64,000 nucleotides of DNA, taken from the NCBI GenBank assembly GCA_963832745.1, contig CAWHVC010000005.1, positions 288,001 through 352,000 on the forward strand, written 5' to 3'. The notes beneath the pieces were generated by a model. That model made no database searches, was not told the origin of the DNA, and was given only the letters and a program-made list of their open reading frames with translations. How positions within the stretch are numbered: position 1 is the first letter of the stretch; every line of letters starts with the position of its first letter. Made by a program: the position numbers and the translations under genes. The DNA is from Candidatus Bathyarchaeota archaeon. GTDB lineage: Archaea > Thermoproteota > Bathyarchaeia > Bathyarchaeales > Bathycorpusculaceae. Shown here piece after piece: positions 19,904 through 30,645 of the stretch.

Positions 19904-22120
19904 CTACTCTTTCTCGAAGTATTCTTCTGGTGGCGGTGGGGTTGGTGGTAATCCTCTGCGTTCGCGGATCTTCTTGATTGTTTCCGCTTGCATCTGTTCT
20001 GGAACTGGTGCCCAACGACTGAATTGGGTTGCCCAGAATGCTCTGCCTTGAGTTGAGCTTCTTAATTCATCTGCGATACCGAAGCTTTCGGATACTGGCA
20101 TTTCTGCTTTGACAGTGATCATGTCTTCTTCTGAGGGCATGTCGATGATTTTACCGCGCCGTTTGTTAACTAATGTGATTACGCTGCTGACGAATTCTGA
20201 TGGGACTTTGCATTCGAAGCTGATGAGTGGTTCAAGCAGTTTGGGGTCGCTAAGCAGGATTGCGCAGTAGATTGGTCTCCAAGTCATTGGGATTGCTTGT
20301 GCGGGGCCTCTGTGGACTGGGTCTTCGTGCAAGGTGATATCTTCAAGGTTAATCTTTAAGCCGTAAGCTGGTTCTTTTGCGAGTGGTGAAGTGTGTACTG
20401 CTTCGCGGAAACCGGTCTTTATGTGGTCAATGATTTCTTCTACATATTGGCGTCCACGGATACGGTTGCATAAGATGTTGTTTTCTTCAATTGCAACTGC
20501 ACCTTTTGCTTCATCTGGTGACCAGCCCATGGATTTTAGAATTTTTGCTCTTTCATCTCTGTTTTGCATGTCAGTGATTTTTTCTGATTTAATTGCTTCA
20601 ATAACGTCGTCAGAGAGGCGGTCGATGGTAATCCAGAGTTTGTTGTGTTTGTTGGGGCTTTTACCCATGATTGCTGGACCCTTGTAGTCATGGCTGATGG
20701 TTTCTCTGTAGATGACGATTGGTTTGCTGAGTTTAACTTTTAGGCCTGATTCTTGCATTCGGTAAGCGGTGATTTCAAGGTGAAGTTCACCCATGCCTGA
20801 GAGCAGGAATTCGCCGGATTCTTTGTTCATGATGAAGTGAAGGTTAGGGTCTTCTGTGGTTAGTTTGTGCATGACTTTGTCGAAGAGTGGCAGGTCTTTG
20901 ACGTCTTCTGGCTCAACTGCTACGGTAACGACTGGGTCAGATACATAACGTAAACCTTCGAATGAGTGTATTTCCATGCCCGCTTCACCGATGGTTTCAC
21001 CAACGTGAAGTGATGGTAAACCGGAGATTGCTCCGATGTTGCCTGCTGGTACACGGTCAATGAACACTCGGTCAGTTGCCATACTCATGAATACTTGCTG
21101 GATTGTGCCTTTTTGGCCTGCACTAACTAGTTGAACTTCTTTGCCTTTGGTGATTGAACCACTGAAGATTCTGCCGATTGCGACAGTTCCGCTGTGAGGG
21201 TCAACTTCAATGGTGGAAATGCACATTAGCAGCGGCCCGTTCGGGTCAACTTTTGCCATACCTTGACCAACTGGCGTGTTTACGTCGCCTGGCCAAATTT
21301 GTGGCTGACGGTATGGTTGTGCCTCGTATGGGCTTGGAAGGTGTTTGCAGAACATGTCAAGGATTGGTTCTGGCAAGGGTGCTTTCTTGCTCAGTTCATC
21401 TACTTTTCTGCCGACATCTTCTGGTTCACCAGTGTATGCGTCGATGATGTCTTGGAAACTGATTTTCTTTAGTTTCATGTGGTCAAGGTTTAGGCCCCAT
21501 TTGTGAAGGGCTGAACCGAAAGCAACACGGCTGTCTTCGATTCTAACTTGCCAGTCTTGCTTGTGTTCTAGAGGAGCGTACTTTTCAATTAAAGTGTTGA
21601 CTCTTAGGAGAATCTTTGCGAATTTTTTCTGAATTTCCTGAGGGGTCAACTTGATTTCTTTGATTAAACGGTCAACTTTGTTGATGAATAGGAGTGGTTT
21701 TACACGTTCACGCAGAGCTTGCATGAGGACGGTTTCTGTTTGGGTCATTGGTCCTTCTACTGCGTCTACAACTACGAGTGCGCCGTCTACTGCTCTTAAG
21801 CTTCTTGTAACTGCGCCTGAGAAGTCAATGTGGCCTGGAGTGTCGATTAGGTTGATAAGGTAATCTTGATTGTCGTATGTGTGGACTAGGCTGACGTTTG
21901 AAGCGAAAACGGTCATTTGACGCTTCTGCTCAAGATCCCAGCTGTCCAAGAAAAGTTTCTGTCCAGCGGTTTGTGTGCTGATGATGCCTGCGTGTGCCAA
22001 AAGACTGTCGGAAAGTGTAGTTTTGCCGTGGTCAACGTGTGCAATGATGCTTGTGTTGCGGATAATTGTCGGGTTATCCATCAGTTTAACGATTTCTTCA
22101 GTTTGTCTATAACGCGCCAT
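19904..22120 (-). CDS. fusA: Translation elongation factor EF-2 (probably the aEF-2p paralogue)
   Basis: AHVDHGKTT, DTPGH, NKVD and diphthamide loop HEDPVHRG. G2 reads RQMTV instead of RGITI. No rps12/rps7 neighbours. Confidence 0.93.
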   Translation of the reverse strand: MARYRQTEEIVKLMDNPTIIRNTSIIAHVDHGKTTLSDSLLAHAGIISTQTAGQKLFLDSWDLEQKRQMTVFASNVSLVHTYDNQDYLINLIDTPGHIDFSGAVTRSLRAVDGALVVVDAVEGPMTQTETVLMQALRERVKPLLFINKVDRLIKEIKLTPQEIQKKFAKILLRVNTLIEKYAPLEHKQDWQVRIEDSRVAFGSALHKWGLNLDHMKLKKISFQDIIDAYTGEPEDVGRKVDELSKKAPLPEPILDMFCKHLPSPYEAQPYRQPQIWPGDVNTPVGQGMAKVDPNGPLLMCISTIEVDPHSGTVAIGRIFSGSITKGKEVQLVSAGQKGTIQQVFMSMATDRVFIDRVPAGNIGAISGLPSLHVGETIGEAGMEIHSFEGLRYVSDPVVTVAVEPEDVKDLPLFDKVMHKLTTEDPNLHFIMNKESGEFLLSGMGELHLEITAYRMQESGLKVKLSKPIVIYRETISHDYKGPAIMGKSPNKHNKLWITIDRLSDDVIEAIKSEKITDMQNRDERAKILKSMGWSPDEAKGAVAIEENNILCNRIRGRQYVEEIIDHIKTGFREAVHTSPLAKEPAYGLKINLEDITLHEDPVHRGPAQAIPMTWRPIYCAILLSDPKLLEPLISFECKVPSEFVSSVITLVNKRRGKIIDMPSEEDMITVKAEMPVSESFGIADELRSSTQGRAFWATQFSRWAPVPEQMQAETIKKIRERRGLPPTPPPPEEYFEKE

Positions 22121-22370
22121 TAATTATTCATTCTCCATTTTAAGTTTCGTAATCTTATTACTTTGAGTCGAATGCACTGTTTTTTTTAACATTTTATGCA
22201 TATGGAAATCTCTCAAATAATAGAGTAAGCTACATGGACATTGAGTTTGTAACCTATTAACTTTATGGCAATAAAATATGAAAGCTTTGGTGAAAAAACA
22301 GGCGACGTTTAGGGAAGAGTTTAACAGTTTTTTGATGCAACAGAGCCTGACTCCACGAAGTACCAGAGCA

Positions 22371-22554
22371 AAAACACTGATTTTCAACATGCTTTTGGAC
22401 GATTTTTCAGCCAATGGCTCCTACCCTTAGTGTTTTGCAGTTTCAGTGTCAGAAAAAGTGTGGGTAGAGCCTGCCATTATTTGGAATGGTTAGACCCCGA
22501 TAGGTTTCTGCATAGCATTTCTATTAGGATCCAAATAGACGCCAAATAGGTTGG
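22371..22554 (-). repeat. Dispersed intergenic repeat, copy C (full length, two cores)
   Basis: CTATTAGGATCCAAATAG at 22521-22538; TAGGTTTCTGCAT; CCTACCCTTAG; AACACTGATTTTCAACAT. Confidence 0.85.
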
Positions 22555-22668
22555 CAACAAATAGAACAACAAACTCAAGCATCACAAAAACAAGCCTGCA
22601 AAACCATAATCGTTTCACTGCACTGATAGAGAATTCATAACTGCTTTAAATCAGCGGCAAGAAAATAA

Positions 22669-22884
22669 ATGGCTATGGCAAAACTGGGCGATGTATCGAA
22701 GGGAATCCTGATTTTCTTTTGCGGATACTACTTATTTATAGCAGTAGAACAGGCGATGATCGGACAAAACGCTATTGCCACGTTTATGCTTGCAGGCTTC
22801 TTAATACCGCTCTCAATTGTTATCCATAGCCACATTAAAAACTTGACAGAGAAGCGGGCAAAACTCGGCGAGACTCCAACTTGA
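22669..22884 (+). CDS. Small hypothetical membrane protein
   Basis: 71 aa with two TM segments, followed by a GGTGCA...TGCACC hairpin. Confidence 0.6.
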   Translation: MAMAKLGDVSKGILIFFCGYYLFIAVEQAMIGQNAIATFMLAGFLIPLSIVIHSHIKNLTEKRAKLGETPT

Positions 22885-22975
22885 AAATTCGGTGCATTGT
22901 CCTTAGTTTCTTGAGGATTGCACCAAAATATTTATTCCGCGGGTTTTGATTTCTTAATTATTTACTTTAGTAAAG

Positions 22976-23016
22976 CAACCCATAACCAGGTAGAAAAACA
23001 ACCTAGTTCGGGGTTG
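22976..23016 (+). promoter_or_regulatory. Hairpin/inverted repeat abutting the clpB ribosome-binding site
   Basis: CAACCCATAACCAGGT-9nt-ACCTAGTTCGGGGTTG (13 of 16 pairs), directly before GGTGA and ATG 23031. Confidence 0.45.
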
Positions 23017-23030
23017 GGTGAAATCAATTT

Positions 23031-25628
23031 ATGAACATAAATAATTTTACTGTAAAATCTCAAGAAGCCATTCAAAAAGCCTCTGAGATTGCAGCGAGAA
23101 ACCAAAACCAAGCCATCGAGCCAGCACACCTGCTAAAAGCCATGCTCTCGGTTGACGAAAACGTCATTCCATACCTGCTGACCAAACTAAACGTGAACGC
23201 AGACCACTTCACAAGCCAACTCGACAAGCTAATTGATGGTTTGCCCAAAGTGTCAGGAGGCGAACCCTACCTGTCAGCTAACATGAATAAGGCTTTGCAG
23301 AAAGCTCAAGAATACGCTTCACAGGCTAAAGACGAATTCATCTCTATGGAGCAGCTTCTTTTGGCAGTTTTGTCGCTTAACGACCCCGCATCCCGTCTGA
23401 TGCAGAGCAACGGAATCAGCGAAAAAGAATTAAAAACTGCAATCAGCCAACTACGCAAAGGCTCAACCGTAAACTCTCAAACGGCTGAAGACACTTATAA
23501 CGCGCTTAACAAGTACGCCATTAACCTAAACAATCAGGCACGTACAGGCAAGCTTGACCCAGTTATTGGCAGAGACGAAGAAATTAGCCGAGTCCTGCAA
23601 ATCTTATCACGGCGAACTAAAAACAACCCCATCCTCATTGGTGAACCGGGCGTTGGCAAAACGGCGATTGCTGAAGGCATAGCCCACCGCATAATCAACG
23701 GCGACGTGCCAGAGAACCTGAAATCCAAAAAACTTTACTCTCTTGATATGGGCGCACTTATTGCTGGCGCGAAATACAAGGGCGAATTTGAGGAACGACT
23801 AAAGGGCGTCATCAAAGAGGTCGTGTCTTCTGAAGGCGAAATAGTCCTGTTTATCGACGAAATCCACACGTTGGTCGGGGCAGGCGGAGGTGAAGGCGCT
23901 ATGGATGCTGCAAACATCCTTAAACCCGCACTGGCAAGGGGAGAACTTAGAGCTATCGGCGCAACTACGCTTAAAGAGTACCAGAAATATTTTGAGAAAG
24001 ACAAAGCATTGGAAAGACGCTTCCAACCAGTCATGGTAAACGAGCCATCAACGCTTGACGCCATCTCTATTTTGCGTGGCTTAAAGGAACGTTATGAAGT
24101 GTTCCATCACGTGCGCATAAAGGATGAAGCAATAATTGCCGCCGTCGAATTGTCCCAACGCTATATTTCAGACCGTTTCCTACCCGACAAAGCCATCGAC
24201 CTCATCGACGAAGCAGCCTCCAAACTACGCCTTGAAATCAACAGTGCACCAGAAGAACTCGAAGCCATAGAACGCAAAATCCGCCAACTCGAAATCGAAC
24301 GGGAAGCCATCAAACGCGAAAAAGACGAAGCCAAACTAAAACCCATCAAACAGGAAATCGCCAACCTCACTGAAGAACGCAACAAACTAAAAGCAAAATG
24401 GCAATCAGAAAAAGACCTTGTAGAAAAAATTCAGGTGAAGAAAAACGAAATCGAACAGCTCAAAGCTTGAAGATGAGGCGGCTAACCGCAGGGGCGACTT
24501 AGAGAAGGTCGCAGAAATTCGTTACGGCAGAATCCCAGAAGCAACCAAAACCATTGAGACGCTAAAAGCCAAGCTGTCTGAGGTGCAGAAAGACTCCGCA
24601 CTTGTCAACGAGGAAGTCGGGGCGGAAGAAATCGCTGATGTTGTTTCCCACTGGACAGGCATTCCAGTTAGCCGTATGCTGCAGAGTGAACGCCAGAAAC
24701 TGTTAAACCTTGAAACGGAGCTGCATATGCGTGTGGTTGGGCAAGAGGACGCCATTAAAGCCGTTTCCGATGCTATCCGCCGTAGCCGCGCTGGCCTACA
24801 AGACCCCAAACGTCCCATTGGCTCATTCATCTTCCTGGGCACCACAGGTGTAGGCAAGACGGAGTTGGCAAAGTCCGTTAGCTGAATTTCTCTTCAATAA
24901 CGAGAACAGCATGGTCCGAATCGACATGTCTGAATACCAGGAACGCCATACCGTTTCTCGATTAGTCGGTGCACCTCCAGGCTACGTTGGCTACGAGGAA
25001 AGCGGGCAATTAACCGAAGCAGTCAGACGCAAACCATACTCAGTCGTGTTGCTTGATGAAATCGAGAAAGCCCACCCAGACGTCTTCAACATTCTACTGC
25101 AAGTCCTCGATGACGGACAGATTAACTGACAACAAGGGCAGAACAGTTGACTTCAAAAACACCATAATCATTATGACCTCAAACATCGGCTCACACATCA
25201 TCCAAGACAACCTTGAAAAAGTCACAGAAGACAATCGGGAGGAAATCCTAAACACTACAAAAGATGAAGTCTTTAGCCTTCTTAAAAAATCGATTAAACC
25301 AGAATTCCTTAACCGCATCGACGAAATAATCATGTTCCAACCCTTAACACAAGAGGAAATCCGCAAAATCGTTGAAAACCAGCTTGGCGGAGTGCAGAAA
25401 ATGCTAGAAAAGAACGGAATACAAATGACTGCAACCAAAAAAGCAGTGGAACTCATCGCTAAAATCGGGTTTGATCCACAATTCGGTGCAAGACCAATCA
25501 AACGCGTAATCCAAAAAGAAGTGCTCAATGAGTTGTCAAAGATGATATTGGCGGAAAAAGTCGACAGAGACTCATCGATTGTAGTAGACGAAAAGGACGG
25601 TCAACTGGTCTTCAAAAACAAGCCGTAA
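23031..25628 (+). CDS. clpB: ATP-dependent chaperone ClpB, bacterial type (three frameshifts)
   Basis: [28 protein letters not shown], middle coiled coil, [35 protein letters not shown]. Frame breaks near 24465, 24880 and 25120. Confidence 0.93.
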
Positions 25629-25632
25629 AAGG

Positions 25633-26667
25633 CTACCCGAGGGTCATTTGACCCTTCTCTAATGGCTGAGCAACGGCGGAGACGCCCAGTCTTTTTATTA
25701 TTTCCTCCGCCAACACTTGCCCGTGGCTTGCACGGTAATTGTCGGTTATGACTTGTTTTGCTTTGGATTTCCGTACATACTCGATTAGGGAATCAAAATC
25801 GGAGTGGTCACTTAGCGCAACGAGATATTCACGATCTCCGATTTGACGACACGGATTCTGGAATTCCCAACCGCTAACACATATCCTCGCGTTTTTTAAG
25901 CCAACTTGAAAACGGGCGTTAGTATGATAAAACGCTACACAGGGCAAGTTGCCGCCGAGAAGTTCTTGACCTTCCTTGCTGGTATCCAAAGATAGGCAAC
26001 CCAAGTCCATGCCGTGGTTCTTGCATACTTTTGAAACTTCAAACATTCGGTCAGGCATAACAAATGGAACTTCCACGTCGGCTTTTCGAAGCGTCTGCAT
26101 AACTTCTTGCAGTTTGCCGTAGAAACCGAAAACGTAAACAGTACCGCCTCGCAGACGCCGTTCAATCATGGAAACCAGCAGTTCTTTGACATCAACTTCA
26201 AAATTGCGTCGACACGACGGGGTACCATATGTGGCTTCGACGACGAGGACGTCGCAGTCTATAACGGGGGTTTCTTCAAGTTTAAAGTCGCCACTGTAAG
26301 CGATTCGTATACCGCCAGCGTCCTCCACAAGCACTTGGGAAGCGCCCATGATGTGGTCGGCTTTTAGAAGCGTGATTGTTTCGTCACCATACCGTAAAGG
26401 TTTGCCGTACTCAAGCGGCAACACGTTATCATTTCGAAGCTTGAAGGTAGGGTTAACGATTTCTGCGAGGTCTCGTGTAGCTGGGGTCATAACGACTTTT
26501 TCGCAGCATTTGATACTTTTCCTCAATCCGCCAAGATGGTCAGCATGAGCATGAGTAACAATCCGTAGCGGCCTGTTAGCATCAAAGGCGTCGCATGCTA
26601 CGCTATCGCCTAACAGTACTGCGCCTGTTTTTGTTACATAAGCTCTTTCAGCCACGTTACAACTCAC
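25633..26667 (-). CDS. MBL-fold/beta-CASP nuclease (SNM1/ligase-associated exonuclease-like)
   Basis: THAHADHLGG, ADHIMGA, YSGDF, EATYG, LSDHSDF. Confidence 0.8.
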   Translation of the reverse strand: MSCNVAERAYVTKTGAVLLGDSVACDAFDANRPLRIVTHAHADHLGGLRKSIKCCEKVVMTPATRDLAEIVNPTFKLRNDNVLPLEYGKPLRYGDETITLLKADHIMGASQVLVEDAGGIRIAYSGDFKLEETPVIDCDVLVVEATYGTPSCRRNFEVDVKELLVSMIERRLRGGTVYVFGFYGKLQEVMQTLRKADVEVPFVMPDRMFEVSKVCKNHGMDLGCLSLDTSKEGQELLGGNLPCVAFYHTNARFQVGLKNARICVSGWEFQNPCRQIGDREYLVALSDHSDFDSLIEYVRKSKAKQVITDNYRASHGQVLAEEIIKRLGVSAVAQPLEKGQMTLG

Positions 26668-27071
26668 TTTTTCTCTGTTTTTTCTGCAAGCCAGTCAACA
26701 AGTTCACGTGGACTGTCAGTTTCGATAACTACACGAATGGGTCCCAAGGGGGATTCTGACGATTCTTCAGAAAAACTGACATGCCCTGCATAGGCGACTT
26801 GCTTGTTTAGGTAGAAACTGATTTTATTTTCCCTTACTGCACGGTGGAGGATTTTCCTTGCGGCGTCTCTGATGCGGTCATTATGTAGGATGTTTCGGAA
26901 TTTGGTAAGTGATGCTTGTCCTTGAGCGTCAGCTTTAAGGATGAAACCTTGAAAAGCGGGTTCAGAAGTAAAAGTGGGGTTGCCAACAAAGTTGTTGATG
27001 GCGGTCTTTACTTTTTCTTCATCTTCTGTAGGGTTAACGTCTGCTTCTACATGGACAGTTACTTTTTCCAT
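26664..27071 (-). CDS. UPF0201/DUF54 RNA-binding protein
   Basis: VNPTEDEEKVK...IRDAAR...LNKQVAYAG...SPLGPI. Confidence 0.85.
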   Translation of the reverse strand: MEKVTVHVEADVNPTEDEEKVKTAINNFVGNPTFTSEPAFQGFILKADAQGQASLTKFRNILHNDRIRDAARKILHRAVRENKISFYLNKQVAYAGHVSFSEESSESPLGPIRVVIETDSPRELVDWLAEKTEKK

Positions 27072-27625
27072 TTCGCCTCAGTCCAATCCAGATACTTCTT
27101 CACTTGAGCTTTAAACGATTCCATGCTATTATCATTAACTAGTACATACTCCGACATAGCAATCGCGTTGCCAAGACCGACACTGAGTTCACGCATGTCA
27201 CGTTCATGAAAAACCTCAAAAGTTTGCGGGTCATCACTTCTGCCACGCTGACTTAAACGTACAAAACGTGTTTCTGGAGAAGCATGAACCGCTAAGAGTT
27301 TGAACCCAGCAAAGTTTGCTTTAAACACGTCTGCCTCATTTAGGCTTCGTAAACCGTCAATAACAATTTTGCTGCTTGGTTGCTGCTGAATTTTGGGGAT
27401 ACATTTTTCGGCTATGACGTTATTTCCGCCTTCTTTGCGCAGGTCCAGCATGACTTTGCCTACGTTTTGCGGATTCAGTTCCAAGCCGCGTTTGCGGGTT
27501 TCCTCTCGGATTACGTCACCCATTGTTACTTTAAGGTATCCAAGCTCCTCAGCGGCTTCAACAAAGAGGGATTTTCCCGCGCCAGGCATACCTGTTAAGC
27601 CTAATACAAGTTTGTCAACGTTCAT
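27059..27625 (-). CDS. UPF0200 P-loop kinase (dephospho-CoA kinase-like)
   Basis: GMPGAGKS, MGDVIR, IDGLRS, RGRSDD, RDMREL..G. Confidence 0.85.
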   Translation of the reverse strand: MNVDKLVLGLTGMPGAGKSLFVEAAEELGYLKVTMGDVIREETRKRGLELNPQNVGKVMLDLRKEGGNNVIAEKCIPKIQQQPSSKIVIDGLRSLNEADVFKANFAGFKLLAVHASPETRFVRLSQRGRSDDPQTFEVFHERDMRELSVGLGNAIAMSEYVLVNDNSMESFKAQVKKYLDWTEAKWKK

Positions 27626-27821
27626 AACGTAACCTTTTTTGTTTTAATGATGAATCATGCATTAAAAACTATCCGTTATTTACTGAGCCATTTCTTTTTT
27701 AGTTTTTGCCAGAAATTGTCTGTTTGTAAAGCAAACATTAGGTAGTTTATGGGCGGTACTTGTTGATTTTGTGCTTAAAACTTTTATGAAGGTTAGTGTT
27801 AAAGGTACTTTGGAAGAAAAC

Positions 27822-28385
27822 ATGTCCGAACAAATAAGAAGCTTCATCGCTTTCGACATCCAAAATGAAGGGATAACAAACAGAATTGCGGCTGCACAAA
27901 AACTTTTGATGCAGACCAACGCAGACTTAAAACTTGTTGAACCAAAAAACATTCACATAACTGTAAGGTTTCTTGGCGCAATCAGTCCAGAAATGGTTGA
28001 CAAAGTTTATGAAGTTATGAGAAAAGTAAAATTTGTGCCCTTTAACATTCAACTTCAAGGATTAGGCGTCTTCCCAACAGTGAACTACCCAAGAGTAGTC
28101 TGGGCAGGAATCACGCTGGGAGCGGAACAGCTGAAAAGTATCTTTGAACAGCTTGAACCAATGATTCACGAGTTAGGCTTTGCACCAGAACCCAACGGTT
28201 TCAACCCACACCTGACAATTGCCCGGGTTCGTTCAGGAACAAACAAGCAACGATTAGTCGATTTTGTAAATAGGCAGTCAGAATATGAGTTTGGAAACAT
28301 TAAGGGAAATTGTTTAAGGCTAAAGAAAAGTCAGCTTTCACCAATGGGTCCAACCTATACAACTTTAAAGGAATACTGCCCATAG
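27822..28385 (+). CDS. thpR: RNA 2',3'-cyclic phosphodiesterase (2H family)
   Basis: RSFIA, HITVRFLG, PRVVWAG, PHLTIAR. Confidence 0.92.
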   Translation: MSEQIRSFIAFDIQNEGITNRIAAAQKLLMQTNADLKLVEPKNIHITVRFLGAISPEMVDKVYEVMRKVKFVPFNIQLQGLGVFPTVNYPRVVWAGITLGAEQLKSIFEQLEPMIHELGFAPEPNGFNPHLTIARVRSGTNKQRLVDFVNRQSEYEFGNIKGNCLRLKKSQLSPMGPTYTTLKEYCP

Positions 28386-28402
28386 GATACAGAGAAGTTT
28401 GC

Positions 28403-29827
28403 ATGCCAAATGAACTTGAAGCCCTCATCAGCCAGGTTTTAAAAAAAATTACTCCTACACCTGAGGAATATGAGAAAGTTGAGGCTTTAAGCAGGCGGCT
28501 GGAACAAAAAATCGCTTTGGCATGCCAACAACAAGGCGTAAAAGCCATTGTACGTGTTGAAGGCTCTGTGGCTAAGGACACTTGGCTGCAGGAAAACCCA
28601 GACATCGACGTTTTCATGCGTCTACCCACTTCTATTCCACGCAAAAACCTCGGCGACATTGGCCTAAAAATCGCTAAGACCGCCGCCAAAGATGCAACCA
28701 AAACAATTGAAAGGTTTGCTGAGCATCCTTATCTTGAAATATTTATTGACGATTTCAGAGTGGACATTGTTCCCTGTTATGATGCTAAACCAGGTGAATG
28801 GCAAAGCGCAACAGACCGAACCCCATACCACACTGACTACATTAAAGAGCATTTGACGCCGAAAATGCATGGAGAAGTTAGACTTCTTAAAAGGTTCATG
28901 CAGGGCGTCGATGTTTACGGAGCAGAAATCAAGGTTGGTGGTTTTAGCGGTTATCTTTGCGAACTTCTTGTTTTAACTTACGGTTCATTTATCCATACTT
29001 TGCAGGCTTTTGCGCAGTACACTAAACGCGTAGTAATTGACCCGCAAGACTATTTTGAGGGAAGAGAAAACGAGTTGGCGTTGCTGTTTCCGGAACCTTT
29101 GGTGATTGTTGACCCTGTTGACAAAGCCCGAAACGTCGCCTCAGCAGTACAAATGGATAAACTGTACAATTTTATTGGGGCAGCCAGAGCCTTTTTGCAA
29201 AAGCCCTCGGAAGTTTTCTTTTACCCAGTCAAACAATTAGCCTTTTCAGTTGAGGAGTTAAAACTTAAATTAGATAGCAGGGGCTCAGTGGTACTGTTTC
29301 TTGTTATCGACGGCATCAAAGCGGTGCCAGATGTGCTTTGGGGGCAACTTTACAGGTCTAAACGTTCCTTGCGTAGACTGCTTGAGCTTAACGATTACAG
29401 GGTAATTAGGGACGCTGTTTGGAGTAACGAAGAAACCCTAAGCGTTTTCATGTTTGAATTGGAACAGCAGGTTCTGCCTAACATAAAAAAACATTCAGGT
29501 CCACCATTGGAACGTCCAGCGGAATGTGTAAGTTTCCTCGCTAAATATGCCTTTAACGGTCAAGTGGTTTGTGGACCTTACATTGAGAATGGCAAATGGA
29601 TTGTTGAAGTTCCACGCAAAAACTGTGATGCTGCTTTCCTGTTAAAAGAAAAGATTACGGACGGAGGCAAAAACGTTGGCGTTTCAGAACTCATCGCTGC
29701 AGCCTTTAAGGAAAAGTTTTCGGTTCTGTTAAATGGTGAAGTAGCAGAAGTTTATGGGAAAAATGAAGAGTTTGCGGTTTATTTGACCGCGTTTCTTTCG
29801 GGAAAACCTTTTTGGTTAGAAACCTAA
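28403..29827 (+). CDS. cca: Archaeal class I CCA-adding enzyme
   Basis: GSVAKDTWL..PDIDVF, AEHPY, DIVPCY, DRTPYH, GFSGYLCE, DPVD..RNVA. Confidence 0.95.
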   Translation: MPNELEALISQVLKKITPTPEEYEKVEALSRRLEQKIALACQQQGVKAIVRVEGSVAKDTWLQENPDIDVFMRLPTSIPRKNLGDIGLKIAKTAAKDATKTIERFAEHPYLEIFIDDFRVDIVPCYDAKPGEWQSATDRTPYHTDYIKEHLTPKMHGEVRLLKRFMQGVDVYGAEIKVGGFSGYLCELLVLTYGSFIHTLQAFAQYTKRVVIDPQDYFEGRENELALLFPEPLVIVDPVDKARNVASAVQMDKLYNFIGAARAFLQKPSEVFFYPVKQLAFSVEELKLKLDSRGSVVLFLVIDGIKAVPDVLWGQLYRSKRSLRRLLELNDYRVIRDAVWSNEETLSVFMFELEQQVLPNIKKHSGPPLERPAECVSFLAKYAFNGQVVCGPYIENGKWIVEVPRKNCDAAFLLKEKITDGGKNVGVSELIAAAFKEKFSVLLNGEVAEVYGKNEEFAVYLTAFLSGKPFWLET

Positions 29828-30607
29828 AAAGCTCAATATAATCATTAATGCGCCGATGGCAAAACAGTAGATTGAGAATACCCAAAACTTGTTTGCTTCT
29901 AACACTTTCCAGAGCAGTTTTAACACTAAAAAGCTAACCACAACAGTAACTAAAAGGGCTACAACAACTTCTAACGAGTTAATGCCCGCAGCTGTGAATG
30001 AATCATGCTCTTTAAGCAGCGTATAACCTAACGCGCCAATAATAGATGGAATTGAAAGTAAAAATGAGAATTTGAATGCTACCTCTTTCTTGATACCCAA
30101 AAGCATTGCTGTTGAGATGGTAAAGCCGCTTCTGGAGACGCTTGGAAGAATCGAAAGACCTTGCATAAAGCCAAGCAGCAGAGATTCTGGAAGGCTTATT
30201 TTGTCTTTCTTTTCTACTGTAAACTTTGTGGCGAACAATAGTATTCCGCTTGCAATAAAACCTGCACCCAACATTAATAGACTGCTAAAGTTCGCGTCAA
30301 ACCAGTCGCCTACCGTAACAGCAATCACAGCCGTCGGAATGGTGCCAATGATAATCGGCAAAATAAGCCGTCCATCAGCTGAACTGAAATCTCTATGAAA
30401 CAACGCTGAAAGCACGTTTTTAATGTCTTTTCGGAAATAAAGCATTATCACAAATAGGGTACCCACGTGCAATGTTACGTCGAAAAGCAGGGGCACGCTT
30501 AAACCGAAAAAGTGTTCAGCAAGGCGGAGGTGACCTGTGCTTGAAATAGGAAGCCATTCAGTTACACCTTGTATGAAACCTAAAATGGTTGATTGCAGCA
30601 GGTCCAT
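29816..30607 (-). CDS. uppP: Undecaprenyl-diphosphate phosphatase (BacA family)
   Basis: QGVTEWLPISSTGHL, HVGT, PSVSRSGFTI, FSFLLSIP. Confidence 0.9.
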   Translation of the reverse strand: MDLLQSTILGFIQGVTEWLPISSTGHLRLAEHFFGLSVPLLFDVTLHVGTLFVIMLYFRKDIKNVLSALFHRDFSSADGRLILPIIIGTIPTAVIAVTVGDWFDANFSSLLMLGAGFIASGILLFATKFTVEKKDKISLPESLLLGFMQGLSILPSVSRSGFTISTAMLLGIKKEVAFKFSFLLSIPSIIGALGYTLLKEHDSFTAAGINSLEVVVALLVTVVVSFLVLKLLWKVLEANKFWVFSIYCFAIGALMIILSFLGF

Positions 30608-30645
30608 GATTTATCTTCTGAACCTTACTGCGGGGGTCTTTATTT

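Noticed and set aside
22124-22414. 96-aa ORF upstream of EF-2, and ORFs at 12952-13152 and 61572-62024
   Set aside because: They overlap repeat, promoter or structured non-coding DNA, or another gene, and lack protein-like features.
24460-25130. Programmed frameshifting or a split clpB
   Set aside because: Three separate indels in conserved regions, within an error-rich span; consensus error is the simpler explanation.
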